Assembly: GCF_009914755.1 (NCBI RefSeq)
Contig: NC_060947.1
Length of the DNA: 64,000 nucleotides
Origin: the human T2T-CHM13v2.0 reference genome, Homo sapiens
Strand: one strand, 5' to 3'
Shown: piece after piece, positions 1 through 12,600 of the stretch
Layout: every line of letters starts with the position of its first letter
Numbering within the stretch: position 1 is the first letter of the stretch
Translations under genes and position numbers: made by a program
Notes under the pieces: model-generated
What the model saw: the letters and a program-made list of their open reading frames with translations, nothing else
Told to the model about the DNA's origin: nothing
Databases searched by the model: none

Positions 1-689
1 TTTTAAAGTAGAATACAATATTTTTCCATTGAAGATAAAGTGTTGCCTTATGAGTAATTGGATATGTGGGCTTGAAAAGTTGAAATTTCGTTTTGATGTT
101 ATGCATGTAAATGATGCCTGAACAAAGGGAGCAAAATATTTTTTTATCTTATGACATGGATTGTATGATTTTGGCACCACACCAAAGGAAGTTATTAGGA
201 AGTGTGGTAAGTCCCATTTGGAACTGCCTTGTACAAGCTCTGTTGCCAGGGGAATGCTTAACCCTATGAAACAGGAAGCATCCAGTGTCCATGTTCATGC
301 AACATGGCAGGTCTGTGTTGTACTCCCTTCAGGAGCAGGAGGTGACTTTTCCTACCCAGGGGCTTTAAAACACCCCATCCTTACTAGAATAATGCTGATA
401 CCACAGAAAGAAATAGATCCAAAGTATTTGTGGGAAGTAACCGGAGAGGTACATCATTGTGGAGCCATTCCTAGTACCAACAAGCCAAGGAGTATTTTTA
501 ATCAGTATGTACCGCATATGTTAAAATATAAATCCAGCACAACTTTAGAGAAAAGCATTTTAAAAACCTAAGGCTGAGCTTTCTATGCTATTTTTATGTG
601 TAATGGAAATACCAGGTGGCATCGAGTGGGAGGAGGAGGGGGCATAAGAGAGGAGAAAGATTTGTCTTATATGGTGGCAAATATGGAGC

Positions 690-856
690 CATACTTCATG
701 AATTCCAAGATGCATCTCTTTTAATATCTCTGGTCAGAGTGTGTCTTACAACCAATAGTGTCCTACAATTTTAGTTGGCACATTTGCTTTATTTTGGCAG
801 GATGTAAAATAATGGTATTTTACAATTGACAGTGTCTTAGATTGGATGAAATATCA
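690..856. mobile_element. MER104-like DNA transposon MITE (TcMar-Tc2)
   Basis: Decayed terminal inverted repeats atacttcatgaattccaagatgc ... gtcttagattggatgaaatat. Confidence 0.6.
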
Positions 857-1534
857 TAGGGGCCTGAATAAAGAAGATCAAGACAGTGTAAATAATACTC
901 ACAGAAGATAATCCATATTGGACCAATAGACTATTTCCATCACTACAGTTTGGATAAAAGAGGGGAAAAATCAATATACGGACTATTTGGGAAAAAGTTA
1001 ACCAGTTAAAAGTTTAGTTAAATTGTCCCTACCCCAACCCATTTATTAAGCATCTACAGGGGGCATCTTCCTAACGGTGAGCTCAAGTTATCATATTGTT
1101 TCTGAAAGACTTGATTGCTAAATTAACTCATTTAATCAAGTATATATGCTCTATGGTAGATTGTAGTTTTTAGTAAGGGGACATGCAAAGGTCATCCAGA
1201 ATAATATAATATTGTGAAGGGCATGTTACAAGATGACTACTTTTCCTGTTCGGAGATTAATTTTAGTGATGCGCCCCCATGTGGCCTCTCCATGTTTCAC
1301 GGGTGGCTTAACAATAGTGAAAAGAGCCTAATGCTAGCAGTTGCTACAAGTTCTCTGTGCTTGAAAAAGTAACAATTGCTCTGGGTCTCATTGTCCCCAT
1401 TTGTAATATGAATATTAGGCTGTGTCAATGGTTTTCAAACCTCTTAACCAGGGAACTCTTCCTTCCTTCAAATGAAGTACTGTAAGAATATCTACAATGC
1501 AAAGCAGGCAGAGGTGGAGGGTTTAAATACCTGC

Positions 1535-1680
1535 ATCCTCACAACAAACTTTTGAGGTTAGTATTATCATCTTCATTTTACTGATGAAGAAATGAATCCT
1601 CAGAGAGGTTAATTCTCTCAAGGTCATACATATAGTTCCAGGAAAAGGCAAGATTCCAAATTGAAGCTGCCTGACTTCAG
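1535..1680. mobile_element. MIR SINE fragment
   Basis: MIR core: cctcacaacaa...cattttactgatgaagaaa...agagaggttaa...caaggtcata. Confidence 0.65.
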
Positions 1681-4600
1681 GGACAGACCTTCTCACTCTC
1701 TCAAACCCGTCTCTAAAGAGCTCTTTTCACGTGGCCAAAAATAGCTCTAACCAGCTCTAAAATTCTCTAAAGCAGCTCTGATATTGGAGACTTACACTTT
1801 GAGAGTGGTCTTTGAAAACGAGCAGATAAAATGGATAATTTCATAATAGATACCAAAGAAAAGCCACATTGAAAAATGAGCCATTAACTCACTGACTTGA
1901 CACTTTTTCTTCTTTAAAAGCATCACTCAAGAAATCAGAAAAACTTAAATGGGTTTTTTTTTTTTTTTTTTTTGACAGCAGATATTGACAGGAACCAAAG
2001 CAGCCTGAAAATATGTCGAACATTCGATCATAATGTGCACCAATAAGGGAGTATAAGAGGCGTGCTTTGTCAGTTGTGGCATGCATTATACTATTAACAA
2101 GACGATTAGAGATGTTTCATTAGCATAATTGTAGGACAGTAATCTTTGAGTGACAAGTCATAGGCTAAATTATAGCCATAAGAAAAATTCCTTATAATTT
2201 GAATTTGATAAAAATATGTAGACCTGTACCTCTTGGTTTTTATTCCATTGGCCAGAAAATTGGGTCATATTTTGTCTCTTTCGCTGACTTACTCTGTGTT
2301 TAAACACAAATGAAATACTTTCTCAGCGACTAATTTTTCTACCTACAAATTGAGTGTATTTGCTACACAAAATAGGCTTAAAATACAAGCTAAACTTTTA
2401 TGAAATAATAAACAAACAGAAAATGTTTAACACCAATGACCTAGAGTTGATATTAGGATAGGCTTCCTTCTCTCTATAGATTCTATATAAATGCAAAGGA
2501 AGCAGTCTCTTTTTTTTCCTTTTGTAATGCAATCCTTTGTATTTCTTTTCCCTCCCTGAGGTTTATTCATTTTAGAGATTTAAAAATATGTCCCTGATGC
2601 AGCAGACCTGGTGCATCACTTTCCTAAGCTATATATAATTTGTTACATCCTCCAAGTTGGGAATGGAAAAAAAATCTACTAGATCATCTTTTGCCGGAAT
2701 AGGATACAGTTCCCTGATAGAAGACCTATCTGATGTGAAATTAATACTACACTTGATCTCACTAGGTGAAGAAAAGTAGAAAGAATTCCCTGTAAATTAA
2801 TTCCACTGCTCCCTTAATTATTTGTATTGTTCTCTTTGCTTGGCTCCGGGCTTTGAGCCCAGAGGATTCTGGAAACAATATTTCCTCCACACCCCTTTCT
2901 GTGTGGCTTACAATGGAATGACATCTTCTTTCCCCAGTGGGTTGGATTCTGAGAGCTGCCAGCCGGCTGGGTACTGACAATTCCTATTGAACTTTGCTTT
3001 CCACAGCCATTGTTCTCTTATCTCCCCCTCCCTTTTCGTCCGCACTCTGTCTCTCCTTTTCTGAACCCACTGTGAGTTTTCTGAAGTTCAGAGGCTTCTG
3101 GAGTTTCCTCCCATTGCATTATTTGTTTCAGATGACCCCCTACTGATTCAATCTTTACTTTTCAAAGGACCCCAGCAGCTCCTGCCAGAATCTATAGCCT
3201 CCCCCATGCCATTCTTCTGTAGCACGGGCAGAGGAAATTCTACAGGGTTGCATTTTGCATTATTTCTTTCTGCTCTTTCCTATTCTCATAGTCTTAGTCA
3301 TTCTCTGAACGGAGCAAGATATGACATTTTGAGATTTATAGCATCTTTACAGAAGACTTCAGAAAGAGGTTTGTTTTTTCATAACGGATTAGAAAATGAG
3401 ATTCTTGTTTGATATATTAACGTAAAATGAGAGACACACACATATCTACCTACTACAATATAGTCAACTTATTTTAAAATAAAATTCTATATCACTGGAA
3501 TGCATAACTGCTTAGGGGTTGTTGAAATATGGAGTGGATTCAAAACACGGAAAACTTTCCCACACAACACAATTTTGAGAAACTTCTACTTTGCCACTGT
3601 TCTTCACCCATGATGTTTCATATTGAAAATGTTTTTATTTTTGCTCTGTTCTCAACACTTTTTTGTTCCCTTCAATAATTTCCTGAATGACTCAATTGTA
3701 ATCTCATCATCCAGGGAAAAGCAGATTTCAAGAATGTACTGTACAGCTATTAAGATAATGTGCACAATCAGTCGGGGGCAGGTTGTATTCCTGAAGTGCT
3801 TTTGGATGTCAACATAAAAAAAATGACATCTTTTTGCAAGTATGTGTCTGCTTTGCCTCGTGTCACAAATATAGAGCTAGGCAGAGCCGCAATGATCATT
3901 AGCTGGAGGTAATACTGAACCCACTTGAGAGTAAGACTCCTACATTCCAGTTCTTAATACACTTAAAAGAAACCAGCATTGGAAATCATAAACAATGTAT
4001 TATAGTGGTTTATGTAAGAAACAGTAGATCCATGATCAACGAAAAGGCCTTGCATCTACATTAAAACAAATGGCAAATGAAAGTTAATTTTTAATGTTTT
4101 AAATTTAAATAAAATGTTGAAGGAAGGCATGTGTGATCATTATGATTTTTAGCTTTAATCAATCTATCAGATTAACAATGGATGGTGATAGTCTATTCCT
4201 CTATACCAATGATTGTCATATATTTGGAATCATTTTTAAACTGGAAATCCTACACAGGAAATACTTAAGAGTCTCTAATGCCTATCTGTAAATATTTTCA
4301 TCTTCCGTGGAGACTGCTTTCTTCTTCCACATTGTGCCCTAGATAATGGAGAGTGGAAGAACAATGACAACTAGTGGGGAAGGGAAAGAAGTACTGAAAC
4401 ATGGAGCATCAGAATATTCTCTTCTACACATAGATTGGGTAGCAATGGAAAACTTCCCATGCTAAGAAGCCACATACTCACTAATGATGCAGGATTCATA
4501 TAATTTTTTTCAAATGTATGATAAGTTAGATTTAGTTTTACAAACGGCTTAAGTTGATCTAGCCATGGTTGTTTGAATTTCAAGACCATGTTTATCATTG

Positions 4601-5637
4601 AGTCTCTTTACTTTGTACTTTTAACTCGAAGCCAACTTACTCTTAAGGTGACTTTAATCAGTGTAGACTATCAGCTTCTTCACTGAAATGCTGACACTGT
4701 TTCTAAAGGTTGAGTTCTTTAAAAGGGAGGCACGCAGCATCCATAAAACGGTAATTGCCTCTCAAGTAGCCTTGGTGCTTATGATTATCCTTGAGATGGT
4801 CCACACCCACTCCTCCAGCCTTACTCTCTGTGCCAATGGTGGGAACAGTAAGTAAAGACAGCATTGCAGAGTGCTTCCAAACATGGGCTTGGGGATCAGA
4901 CTGAATAATTGATTTTAGGGCTTGACTATCCTACTTACAAATTGTATAATCCTGGGGGAGTTACTTCACTTTTCCAAACCTAACATTAGGATCCATGGAA
5001 ATCCCACTGCACTGGGCCAGGTATATGGTAAACCTTGAATAAACTGAAACTATTATTGTCATCCTGATAATAAACCTTACAAGATATTCTCAAGAAGTTC
5101 ACAGACTTACAAGCTGGACAGAGACTTAGAAGTCATTTAACTGAAGCCCCTCCCTTTGAAGATCACAAGGACCAGGGGGGTGAATTTACGTCGTAGAGCT
5201 AAGACTGGGGCACAGGACTCTTTTTTGGTCAGCCATGAAGTTCTCAGATCTCATGGGAGAGGACAAATAATACTCAGCTTACTTTCATTAACGGTGGAGA
5301 GAAAGGATCAGTGACAATCCAGAGAAGATTGGCTCTGTGTGAATTGGGGCCCTAAGGAGGCCTGTGGTGGTTCCCAAAGTGGGTGTGTTCAGGAGAAAGA
5401 AGGACAGGCAGATGCTGCCAGTGGCTGGTGTCACTTGGTCTCATTAGAGAGAGTCACCAAACAGATCATTGATGGGATTAGATTCCCAGCAGTTCTAGCT
5501 TTCCCCACCACCTGTCATGTCAAATTCTTTCATTTGAGGGAGAGGATCCAATATGCAGAGAGTGCTGATGTTACCTTCATTGCAGCTCAATTCCCACCAA
5601 CAGTGGGGTTGTAAGAAGCAGCCTGGAGAGACCAGAA

Positions 5638-5859
5638 CCGGAGTTGGCAATCTATAGTCCGCGGGCCAAATCCAGTCCACCACCTGATTTTGTAAATAAA
5701 GTTTCATTGGGACATAGCCACATTCATTCATTTATGTACTGCCTATGGCTGCTTTTGTGGTACAACAGCAGAGCTGAGTAGTGGGAACAGACCAAACGAC
5801 ACGCAAAGCCTAAAATATTTATTATCTGGTCCTTTATAGAAAAGGTTTGCCAACCTCTG
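5638..5859. mobile_element. MER58A-like hAT-Charlie MITE
   Basis: TIRs ggagttggcaa ... ttgccaacctc; internal gggccaaatccag...aaataaagttt...ctaaaatatttattatctgg. Confidence 0.75.
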
Positions 5860-6424
5860 GCATAGAACTTTATCAGCTGCTTAGGGGACAAAGGCCCTCC
5901 CCGGGCTAAGAAAGAATCAACTGATTCTTTCAGGATGTTTTTATGCCCCTGGCAGAGATTTAACTAATACAACTAAAGAGAAGTGTAGGATTAGAATCCC
6001 TTTACAATTCAAAAGCCATCTCTTCTTCAGTGTGGATGTGAAAGACTACTGTCTACCTCCTTTAAGGGTGGTTCTAGTTCTGGCCTCCCTCTTACTCTGG
6101 TGCACAGAGGAGATGGAACCAGTTGAAGACAAAGCCAAGGCCATTCCATGCATTACTTGGATACTTAGAAGGCCCATCTCTTAAGGAATTTGTATACTAT
6201 AGATTATTTTGTCTATTCATTATAACAACCCAATTAAATAGTATGATTGTCCCCATTTTACAGAAAGGTGGACTAAAGGTGAACTAACATTGCAGAGATT
6301 TGTAACTATTTGACTCCATGTTGTCTGGAGGTGCATTAACTCGACTCCTGAAATGCCTGACTGTTAGAGCTATGGTCAAAAGTAACTTAAATTCACCCAA
6401 GCCAGACAAACTAGAAATCTAAGT

Positions 6425-6660
6425 CACTGTTTCTAGAAGTTCGCACTGCAAAACACTATCTTGTAAGACAGTAACTGAATAGGTCCAATATGTTTAGAAA
6501 ACATTGCATATGTTTCTGCCCTCTTGGAAATAACTTGATGCCATTAGCAAGTTGTGGACTCTGAGAAAAATTTTCAAACATTAAACTATATTAGCCTCTA
6601 ATCTAATTAACAACATCCCATAAAACTAGTATTCCAAGGAACACACTTTGGAAGCTGTTG
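6425..6660. mobile_element. hAT-Charlie (MER103-like) remnant
   Basis: Ends ...gtattccaaggaacacactttggaa, typical of this group. Confidence 0.45.
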
Positions 6661-6689
6661 AAGTAGATGATGATGGTGGTGAATGATGA

Positions 6690-7030
6690 TAATAGCTAAT
6701 ATTTATTAAGCAATTACAGTGAGCCAGGCACTGAGCTGAGTATTGTCACGCATTAAATTCATTTAACCTTCATAGTAATCCTATGAGATAAAGACTGTTA
6801 CTAATTCTTCTCTTGATAGATGAGGAAACTGAGGCACAAAGAGGCTAAATAACTTTCTCAAAGTCATGCAGCTAGCAAGTACTGGAGACCTTGAGTGCCT
6901 CAAACACAGGGATCAGGGATCAATTCATCTCAGGGATCAGGGATCAATTCATCTTTGTATATACCCTACACTTAGCACAGTGCCTGGCACATATTATGCA
7001 CTCAGGAAATAACAAATGAACTGAATTGGA
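6690..7030. mobile_element. MIR followed by an L2 3'-end fragment
   Basis: gatgaggaaactgaggcacaaagaggctaa (MIR) and cttagcacagtgcctggcacata (L2). Confidence 0.65.
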
Positions 7031-7799
7031 GATAAAATCCTAATAAAAATAAGTGACTAGAGGGTATGGAGTAGAACATTTCAGAGCTTTAAATGGTATT
7101 TACACAATGAGGAGAGTCCCTTATTAATCAGGGCTTCTATTTGTTCCAGACAAGACTAACCTAGATAATGTCCCTACTATAAACCATTGTGTACGGTGTA
7201 ACCACGTTCATATTTTATTTCATGTACCCTACTTAAGGTTAATGCAAAGATAATACGAAAATATCGGATAGTGCTGATCCTATTTACCCACAAGAAATAA
7301 TATTTCATTTGAAGGTGCATTAAATTGGGCCTTTTGTGTGGCATAAAATAGATCGAAAGAGGCAATACCACATCCATAAGGAACCGCTGTATTGCCTTTG
7401 TCGGCAGAATGGATGGATTTTTTGTAATGCGGTATAATAACGGCTACTGAGAACAGTCAGTAGCAGCTTTTAAAATATTACAAATCTAAAAATATATCAA
7501 GGTCAAAATTAGTAAATAAAATACTAGTGAATTTTCAGTGTAGATTTGAGGGAGGCCAGGGACCATTAAGGAAGAAAAACCAACACACTTTCAGTTTTAA
7601 AAGGAAGAGGGAAAAAAGACAACCCGAGAGAAGACTGTTTTTGCATCCTGCAAAAATAAAAGAATTTTTATGTTTAGCACTTCTGGAGGTTCAAATGCAG
7701 TGATTAAATGATATTACTTCTCACAACTTTAACATAAAGTATTCCTGAATGATAATAATTCTAATAATGGTTGACACTCAATGCGTGCTTGCTATGCTG

Positions 7800-8120
7800 T
7801 TTTTTTGTTTGTTTGTTTGTTTTTTGGTTTTTTTTAAGACAGAGTCTCACTCACTCTGTTGTCCAGGCTGGAGTGCAGTGACGCAATCTTGGCTCACAGC
7901 AACCTCCGCCTCCCAGGTTCAAGCGATTCTCCTGCCTCAGCCTCCTGAGTAGCTGGGACTACAGGTGTGTGCCACAATGCCTGGCTAATTTTTTATATTT
8001 TTAGTAGAGACAGGGTTTCACCGTGTTAGCCAGGATGGTCTCGATCTCCCAACCTCGTGATCTGCCCATCTCAGCCTCCCAAAGTGCTGGGATTACAGGC
8101 ATGAACCACCGCGCCCGGCC
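7800..8120 (-). mobile_element. Alu (AluSc/Y-like)
   Basis: Full dimer in reverse with a T-rich tail; TSD ctatgctgtt on both sides. Confidence 0.95.
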
Positions 8121-9549
8121 TACTATGCTGTTTTAAGCATTTTATACATGTAGCCCTAGGAAGTGAATACTATTATTTTATCTCCATTTTACAGATGTGG
8201 AAATGGAGGCACAGAGAGGTCAAGTAGGGAGAGTAATTTTCCCATGATCCTACACCAGTACAGGATGGATTAAGGACCCTAGTAATATAGTTTCAGAGCC
8301 CATGCTACTAACTGCTTCTACACTGGGTAAAAGAGAAGATTCAAAGGCTCAAGGATGTCCACAGGTCTGGAAGACAAAATATAATTCTGCTAACACTGTC
8401 AGGGAAATCAGAGGCTCACTAGGTAGACACCAGAAGGCTGGATGTGACAATGCAGAGTGGAATCCTTGCCAAATTCATAGGCCCTTCCTTGGTGGTTTGT
8501 TCAATGACATGTTTCCAGAGGTTGCTCTACATCCTGCCACTTAAGAACCCCTTCAGTTTAAGGATCTGTATTAGTCGTGACAGGTAAAGATCTGTCCCTC
8601 CACCTACCTCCACCAGCGGTGTGTGCTAGGATTTCTAAACCCCTTGATGATGTGTTTGCAACCTGGCCACAAGCACACCCCTCCACAACACAGTCAACCA
8701 TTTATGATTGTGTTTCTGTTGTGATGGTGCATCAGGCCTAAAATATTCAGGAACTGCCACATGACCTGCAGTATTCAGAAAAGTCCAAGAAAAAAGTCCC
8801 TTTGGAGAAAGCACAGACAGCCTCCATGTTGATGGAAAGATGGAATTTTACAATAAAGCACTGTGCCCAGAGTTTCAGGGTGGAAGCCATTTGAGAGTCA
8901 AATACAGGGCCCTTAAGAGAAATAACAAATTAAATATTGAGTAAAAACAAATACTGCAAGTTATTTTCATAATTGTATTTTTGTTTCCAAATGCCTGCTT
9001 CCTCCTTCCCTTTTTGTGGGTGACACTTAAGTCAGTTTAAACAACCAAGGAATTTGTTTGCTGGGAGGGCACATGGACAACTAATAACATATGAATTTTC
9101 AAAGATGAATACCCAAGCCCTGGGAAGAACACTTAACTACAAAAGGATATTATTTAAAGAAAGATGTATTTCAAACACGTGAGTCAACAAACTGTGATTC
9201 ATCTGTTTGTGCACATATCAATTGGAAATTAAAAATAAAATTGAATATATCCTCTATCAATGAACACATCCAAAACATATCAAAAAACATACACACTAAA
9301 TTTTTTAGAAGATAATTTAATTCTCACTTATAAACTGATTGTCTTATAATTCAGAACAATTAAACAAAAATAGCTTGCTTCTCCTGTCTCAGTTGTACCT
9401 AACTGGTTTTATATCCTTTCTCAATTGTACCTTACAAATCTTATGAAGAACTTAATTTTCTTCTTGAAGTTCACCATCAGCTAGGAGTGAACAATCGCCA
9501 GAAATATGACTTATTAAGCAACCAGGCAAGAAGTTGCAGGGCTACTTAC

Positions 9550-9594
9550 CTGGATGGCTCTAACATTGGAAACTGGCTGTTTCGACATATTCAT
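9550..9594 (-). CDS. SMPX: SMPX first coding segment (codons 1-15, in exon 2); CDS continues in exons left of the window
   Basis: The minus strand translates to MNMSKQPVSNVRAIQ, which I recognise as the SMPX N-terminus. It ends in phase 0 at a canonical CAG|GTAAGT donor (9549-9544). Confidence 0.96.
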
Positions 9595-9606
9595 GCAGTC
9601 TTATCC
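9550..9606 (-). other. SMPX: SMPX exon 2 (12 nt of 5'UTR plus 45 nt of CDS)
   Basis: Acceptor ...cttacttgtttttttAG|GGATAAGACTGCATG, branch-point-like CTCTAAC about 24 nt upstream, donor GTAAGT. Confidence 0.95.
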
Positions 9607-12600
9607 CTAAAAAAACAAGTAAGAAACTGTTAGAGGTGGCAGCATTCAGATCCTCAGTCTTGATAAATTAGAATTTAACTCATGATTCAACTGGGCAGTC
9701 ACCCCTTTCACTGGCCATATATTCTTTCAGTCTCAGTTTCCAAAGTTACGAAGACACTCTCCTTCCTAGTGCCTCGGGTGAGGGAACACTAGAGCACCAG
9801 GATAAATCATTCAGGAGGAGAAATGGTGAGACGCCTCGCCCCTGATGCTAATGATATACAATCAGAAACTTGAAAGGTGCTATCATCTCCTTTCCTGCCC
9901 TCCTGACCTTCTGCCAAGAGCAGCAAAGCAAAGAGGTTGTGGGAATAAAACACCTTTGTTCCGGGCCTCTGAAGTTCTTGGCTTGAAACTGAACTTTTGA
10001 TCTGAATTCATAATTGCCAGGGTTGCTATAGTCCATTGGGAGTGCCTCCTCTTTGTTGAACACCCAAAAAGAAATGGCCTGTACCACTTCCTTAACGGCT
10101 GCGATGCTCTCTACTTGCTGTGCAGTGTCTGTTCTGCCCAGCAACCTGGGAGATGCTCTGAGGACGTAGGTCCCATCTCCTGCTCTGTGTGCCCCTACCC
10201 AATGCTTTTGATAAGTTGCCTCATACAGAGCCCAGGCTCTGTAAACACGGGCAGACAGCAAGTCTCGCCTGTATACTTTTCTTTCAAGGAGGCAAGGAAG
10301 ATTTACACATGACCATAACAAATCCTCGAGATGTAGAAGTGCTTCCTTCCCAAAAGACTTTTGCTTTCTTTAAGCATGTGAGACCTGACTTAGAACACAG
10401 TGACTAGAGCACATTAGGGGATGCGGGATGCAATTTACTGGGGATAGGGGAGAAGAGAATGGTCTAGCTCTGGCCTGTTTTTGTAGCTAGGCCTATTAAA
10501 TGTCAGCAGGACCAATTGAAAAATTAAAAATTCATTGAATTCAAAACATGCTGTGTTTTAAACCCAAACTGTACAACAGGTTGATTGAGGTCTATTGACT
10601 GGTGTAAGTGGTGTGTCCACTGGTGAGTAAAAGAATGCAAAAAGCAGTGTTGGCATTTGCCACACATCTTGTGTAACCTGGGCAATGTCACTCAATATTT
10701 CTAAGCCCATTTCCTCTTCTTTAAATTTTACCTGCTTCACAGGTTGTGGTAAGAATCCATATTACATACATGCTCCTGAAAAGGCCTTGTGAACTGTAAA
10801 GCATGATGCAAATATTCATTGTTTACTACCATCGTCCATAGCTAATGACCTTGGAGTGCTGTACTCATCTCCAGCTTTAAGTTCAGAGTAATAATTTATA
10901 TAGGTATGTTCCCCAACACCTGTAGAGATAAAAGATCTGAAAAGAACTCTGTGAAAAATAAGTCTTTTGAAATCTCTAAAGTCTTAGGCTCTATTATGTG
11001 AAGTTAAACAATTCCATATTTTTTAAAAACCTCTATACTCAGGGTATCCAAATATATAGTTTTTGGAGCCACATACATGAAAACAATAGGACTCTTTTTA
11101 AAGAGTTTCACTTGAATGTCTTTGTAACATATAGATTTAGCCTCCATGCATAAGGGTCTAGGTAGAATTATTTTTAATACGGTTACAAAATTAAAAAGCA
11201 ATAACAAATGGAACAGTCAAGGATACATTTTTCTCTGTGATATGTTTCAAATAGATTGCTGTCTTTCCTGCAGTGTCATAAAGAAATGAAGGATTTTTAA
11301 TTTGTGGATCTAGGACATACAGCTTAATTCCAAAAAGAAAAGCTTCGTGGCTTAATTTTTAACGTTTTTATTCTTCAAAAGCTGTTAGAAGTCATACAAA
11401 GCAATAATTTTCACAGAACTTTAAATATCTCAGCATATGGTATTCTCTGTGTGTGTACAACTAAAGTTTAATATCACTTGGGAACTTGTTAAAAAAATTA
11501 TTGTACATCAATTTGAAACAGGGATTAGAAAATTTCTTTATGTTATGACAATAGCAAGTTGAAATGTTTTTTAAAATTAGTCAATGAATGATTGTTATAC
11601 TGTATTTTTTTAAAAACCAATTTTATATTTTCAATGGACTGATTTAACTTACTACTGGATTGCTGTTTTTGTGTGAACCTCTGAGCCTCAAGAATGGATG
11701 GGCCTCGTCTCCTGTATTTTTGGTAGATTCTGATTTGCATACAAATCTCTTAACATGCATGTCAATCTTTGAAAGAGAGATCTATAGAAAGCTGGTCAGA
11801 TCCCAACTCTCATTCCTCACAAACAGGCTGGATAACATTTGTGTAAATCAGTTCAGCAGCGGTTCCTGCTGTCCTCATTATTTTCAGAGAAATCAGGGCA
11901 AAGCATACTGATGAATAAAAATAGACAGTGTTCCCTGTTTCCCTGCCCCTGCAGTCACCTCTATCAGGGATGTAGAGTGCGGAACACACCTTCCTTCTTC
12001 ATCTGAATGCTTCATCCCGGGACCAAGAAAAGAAAACTACACCTTAGATACACACTCCACTCCCACCAGGGCCACTGCTTTTCGTCCAAAGAGGTACTCT
12101 TTACAGCACTCAATTACTACGTCTCCTGGTTCTGGCTACAGTTTTGAAACATGGAAAGTTTGACAAGGCATATATTGACTTTTACAAAGCCTATAGTATA
12201 ATGAAAATGCTTGCCAGCTAAGCACCGCTGAGTTTTCCTGGCAGTTCTGTAAGTCAGTGGGGACCATTAATGGTCTGTATGCTGAGTCACCTATGATATA
12301 TCCCTGCTTGTCTTTGATTGGGCAGCACCTAATATCTGACTTCTAAATAGAACTCTTTGACTTACTAAAAATTTGTCAATAGTAATATCACTCATTTAAT
12401 AAGAAGGGATTCAGAGGAAAATCAATCACTATTCAGAGATAAGAGCTTTGTTTGTTCTTTTTAAAGGTCGAATAAGTGGGTAAAGCTCCATCGCAAAGGG
12501 AATTATCTTCTGTCCTGCAGCTAAAAATAATTCCTGAGAAGGGTGTAGAAAGATGTTCAGCTGTCTGAACTGACTAACTCCTTATTCACTCTGCTTTAAA

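Noticed and set aside
161-571. 136-aa plus-strand ORF
   Set aside because: Starts at TTG, is antisense within an SMPX intron and has no recognisable domain; consistent with chance.
2010-2020. AATATGTCGAA echoing the SMPX start region
   Set aside because: Only 11 nt with no extension; coincidence.
7410-7440. Bacterial-style GGTATAAT -10 box
   Set aside because: The -35 position matches poorly and the context is mammalian; not evidence of foreign DNA by itself.
9848-10321. 157-aa minus-strand ORF in SMPX intron 1
   Set aside because: Non-ATG start, no protein-like features and no splice support.
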